DNA of 64,000 bases from Protoeuglena noctilucae (taxonomy: Eukaryota). The DNA lies in assembly GCA_958009085.1 (NCBI GenBank), contig OY253681.1, positions 620,001 to 684,000 on the forward strand. Direction: 5' to 3'. The position numbers were made by a program, and so were the translations under genes. Of the stretch, positions 60,301-64,000 are shown one piece after another. The notes under the pieces were generated by a model that was given only the letters and a program-made list of their open reading frames with translations, searched no databases and was not told where the DNA came from. How positions within the stretch are numbered: position 1 is the stretch's first letter; the number at the start of each line of letters is the position of its first letter.

Positions 60301-63300
60301 CGTGACTCCCTCCCTTGACTCGCTTCGCGCTCCACAGCGTGGCCTCGTTCACTCGTAGTCCCTGACCTGACTCGCAGGAAGGCCATCGAGGTGTCGCGGG
60401 ACGTGTGGAAGACGCTGCTGAAGAGCGAGATTGGGGTGGACGACGTCGCGGTGGCACTCAAGCGCATGGACAAGCACGAGCTGGCCGCCAATAACCTCTA
60501 CAAGGCCATGATCGGCAGGCACGGCACCTACCCCAAGCTCCTCCAGGCGAGGCTGGAGGCTGGACTGCTGACGAGCAAGCACCGGTAGCTCTAGCGCAAG
60601 CGTGGCGGGCTGACAACAGCACACGGTCTGCGTGCGCTCGGCCCACTGCGGCTCCATCTTCTGCCCGCCGCAGATGAACGGGCGGTTCTTGGAGGACGTG
60701 CAGGACAACGCAGGGCTGGCGATGCAGTATTTCCAGGAGGCGGAGCGTCTGGACGAGGCGATCGTGGCCCGCAACAACGCGGCCACGAGCGACGCCGAGG
60801 GCGTGGCGGGGGTCAGCGGCGACGTGCCGTCCATGACCAACATCGACGAGGCGCGTGACTGCGTGGTCGTGATCGACACCGAGGGGGTGATCAACTTCGC
60901 CAACAGCAACGTGTCGCAGCTGTTCGGCTACAAGCGCGGCGAGCTCGTGGGCCGCAACGTATCCACCCTCATGCCCCAGCCCTTCAGCCAGCAGCACGAC
61001 CGCTTCCTAAAAAACTACGCCATCACCGGCCAGCCCCACATCATCAACCGCGTCATGCCCCTCGTCGCGCTGCACCAGAACGGCACCCTCTTCTCCATCA
61101 CCGCATGCATCACCAAGATCTCCCAGGTAAGAGAGCGGTGTAGCACAGCATGCATCACCAAGATCTGCCAGGTGCGGCCGCCCCATACAGCCTTACAGCC
61201 ACGCACCCAGCACCGCACACCCGCTCATCTCCGCCCACCCCGCTCACATCATCTGCAGAGCTCCTGCCCCCGGCCCTGCCTAGTGCCGCGCTCGGTGCCA
61301 CCGCTCCCTCGCCAGGTCATCTGCTAGACGTGCACCGTGCCCTCTCACCGCGCTCCCTCCGGCATTTCTGCAGAACGGGCGTGATGGGTTCATGGGCGTC
61401 CTGCGCCCCCGCGAGGCCGACGACGGCAAGGCGGTGCTGTACATGACGTCGCTGATGCAGATAGCGTACATCACGAAAGTGTTCACGATGCTCAGCGGTT
61501 GGGGCATCCAGCAGCTCCAGGGGCAGCGCGTGGGCATCCTCTTCCCGGACGAGGCGGGGCTGCGGTCGACGATCGTGGAGGCCACACACGAGTGCGGGGA
61601 GGAGGCGCCGCTGGTGTTCAACACGCAGCTGCAGAGCAAGTTCGGCGAGAGGTTCGAGGCCCGGGCGATGGTCACGTGGGTCGGGAGCCCCAACGCGCGC
61701 CTCTTCATCATGCGCATCGAGCGGACGGACGAGGAGCCGCCGCTGGTGGTGGTGAACGGGCGCACGCAGGTCGTCAGCCACAACCTGGCGTTCAAGCGGC
61801 TCTGCGGGCAGAACGAGAAGAGCCTCGTGGGCAGCCTTATTTCCAAGTCGTTCGCCTACCCCTGCTCGGCCATCTACGGCAGCCGGCTCGAGAAGGCGGG
61901 CGACGACCCCGCGGCACGCAGCGCGACAATCGAGCAGAAGATCGTCAGAATCCCCGCCAGAAACGCCCAGGGATTCGTGTACGCGCAAATCACCATGCTG
62001 ACCAAGGGCGTCGACGACGAGGGCGAGCCGGAGTTCACGTTCCGATTCGTGCTGCTAGACAAGGGTGAGGCATGCCATGCCATGCGAGATGCAATGTGCT
62101 GCTGGACAAGGGTGAGGCATGCCATGCCATCCCATGCGGGATGAGGATGAGGATGCGACGATGAGGCATGAAGGGTGCAAGCATGCTTTGTGAGGGTCGC
62201 AACAGTAGTGCTGGCCCAGTACCGGCTAGCTTGGCAGCAGGCCCTGCGGCGCCGGTAATGATCGCCTCTCGCAGCTGTCCAATGAGCGTCAACCACGCCG
62301 CCTTATCAGTCTTCCAAGGTCTCTGGTCGACCCCTGCACTGCGTTGCGTCCTTTGGCGCAGGGTCCAGCCCCGCCCAGGGCGCGGAGAACCACGCGGCCG
62401 TGACGCTGATGGTGGACGGGCAGGGCGTGGTGACGGGCGCCACGCAGCACTGCCAGTGCACGACGCCCGCGTTCGGCTTCACGTCCGAAGGCCTCGCGGG
62501 GCAGCCGCTGAACAAGGTCGTCCTCATGCGGGGGCCCATGGAGCCCTTCCTGGCCGCGTGGCTCGAGGCCACCCGCGCCCCACCCTTCCAGTCCGAGTCG
62601 CAGCTCGTGTCAGTGAGGCACGAGAACGGTTCGATGCGCTTCGGCGTGGCCTACTTCAACGCCGACTACGAGCTGGTCGGCGAGGGCCGGGACGCCAGGC
62701 CCGTCGGCGAGCCGTCCCTCTCCGTCACCCTCTACTGCCTCGACTTCCTGCCCGTCGTGCTCGACATGCACGACGACACGACCATCCGCCAGGTGTACGG
62801 CTCTGTCTACCTCCTGACCGGGCAGCTCGGCGACAGCTTGGCGGGCCAGCCAGCCGCTGCCGTGGTGCCGCAGCTGTTCCGCCAGGTCGGCAACTCCGCG
62901 AATGGGTTGCTCGTGCTCCCGGGCCAGCGCCGCGCCGGCAGCAACCAGCACCGGCACGTGGTGGGGGCCGAGCACTTCTCAGAGACCCTAGCTGGTACCT
63001 TGGGGGTCAAGGTCACGTGCCAGGCGGCCCGCATCCAGGGGACCAAGGATACAGTCATGATGCTGCTGGAGCCCACGGGTCCGTCGCCGGGGCCCGTGCA
63101 GATGCCAGTGGCCCGCGCCTTCATCCAGGGCTATGACGACGTTCACCAGAGGGCGGGTCTGCGCCAGAGAGACGGTGTGCAGGAGGAGGGAGGCAATTGT
63201 GACGATGCCGCTAAGTGTGGCAACCGCACTGTCTGTGACGAGGAGCCCAAGCATGCTGGCGGGCTGACGGCGGCACCGGTCTTGCCGGACGGCGAGTGCA

Positions 63301-64000
63301 TGGAGGCTGTGCTGAAGGAATCGGGAATGGAGCACGGCGCGGCGACTGCAGATGGCGACGGGGTGCCTTCCGCTGAGGTGGCGACGCAGCCAGCCGAGCA
63401 CGCGCAGCACGTCGACTCCGCTGCGTACGAGACCCGAGACAACCAGGCAGCGGGAGGTGGAAGCGACGGCCGCGTGCCCAGCAAAGCGCCCAGCGGCGGC
63501 GGGGCTTCGCTGGGCCGCGGCAGCAAGGGCAGCAAGGGCCGCGCGTCGAGCGTCCGGGCCGATGGAGCAGCCGATCGCGAGGGTGCCACCGGCCTTCTCC
63601 GCTCGCTGGACCGGCAGCAGACCGGGAGCGTCCAAGGCGTGGCGATGCCCGGGCCCCCGAGGCCCTCTCAAAAGACCCAGGGCGGCCAGAGCGCGGTGTC
63701 CTGCAACGGCAGCGACGGGGAGGAGACGGGGGCTCGGCAGGGCTTTGCGTTCCAGCGGATGCGCGACTGGGTGGACCACGACGGGGCAATCGAGAGAAAG
63801 GGATTGCCTGCGGTGGAGGAGGGGCTGGAGCCCAAGGCGCTGACGGGTGCCGCCATCACGCGCCTGCAGGAGTCGCTGATGAGCGTCGCCAGGGCCGACC
63901 ACAGCGGTGAGGGTCACAGGGTGGGGAGTGGGGGTGGGCGGGTGGGGTAGGGCGCGTGCTTGAACGGGTGTTGGTGCGGGTGGGGAATGGGTGCGTGCTG
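57394..64000 (+). CDS. TmcB/TmcC-like multi-TM, multi-PAS-domain protein, truncated by the window end
   Basis: N-terminal TM exons, then SMDWSTYVELQHRL..KAIEVSRDVWKTLL..ANNLYKAMIGRHGTYPKLLQ|MNGRFLEDVQDNAGLAMQYFQEAERL (TmcB-like helical region). PAS domain: VVVIDTEGVINFANSNVSQLFGYKRGELVGRNVSTLMPQPFSQQHDRFLKNY. Further PAS-like exons follow. Confidence 0.85.

Overview
This window is nuclear DNA of a GC-rich, gene-dense, flagellated green alga (chlorophyte-like). The evidence is short spliceosomal introns, a nuclear PsaN gene with a transit peptide, and several ciliary genes. It is not prokaryotic, so most long ORFs in the supplied track are single exons or antisense shadows. By manual splicing I reconstruct about 24 protein genes. 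In order: a beta-helix protein (3' end), MAPEG, DDX49/DBP8 helicase, a single-domain bacterial-type Fluc/CrcB channel, a Nup1/Nup136-like FG nucleoporin, an ECO1/ESCO-like protein, an ACL4-like TPR protein, Kintoun/PF13, a GNW-motif flagellar inner protein, FUN14, PsaN, transportin-1, an orphan mitochondrial protein, ABCD, a hypothetical protein, P5CR, a Cys-type GPX, a second GNW-motif protein, a tandem double-TTL-domain protein, a hypothetical plastid protein, RRP42, DZIP1-like, a frameshifted F-box/ankyrin gene, and a TmcB-like multi-PAS membrane protein cut by the window end. The most notable observations are: (1) a single-domain, charge-balanced Fluc in a eukaryote; (2) very frequent GC-AG introns; (3) four tandem duplications of exon/5'-splice-site junctions; (4) a two-TTL-domain protein with degenerate catalytic motifs; (5) an F-box/ankyrin gene bracketed by a duplicated promoter-region segment. 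All gene models and family calls were made by eye and from recalled motifs, with no database search. Ends are approximate where stated.
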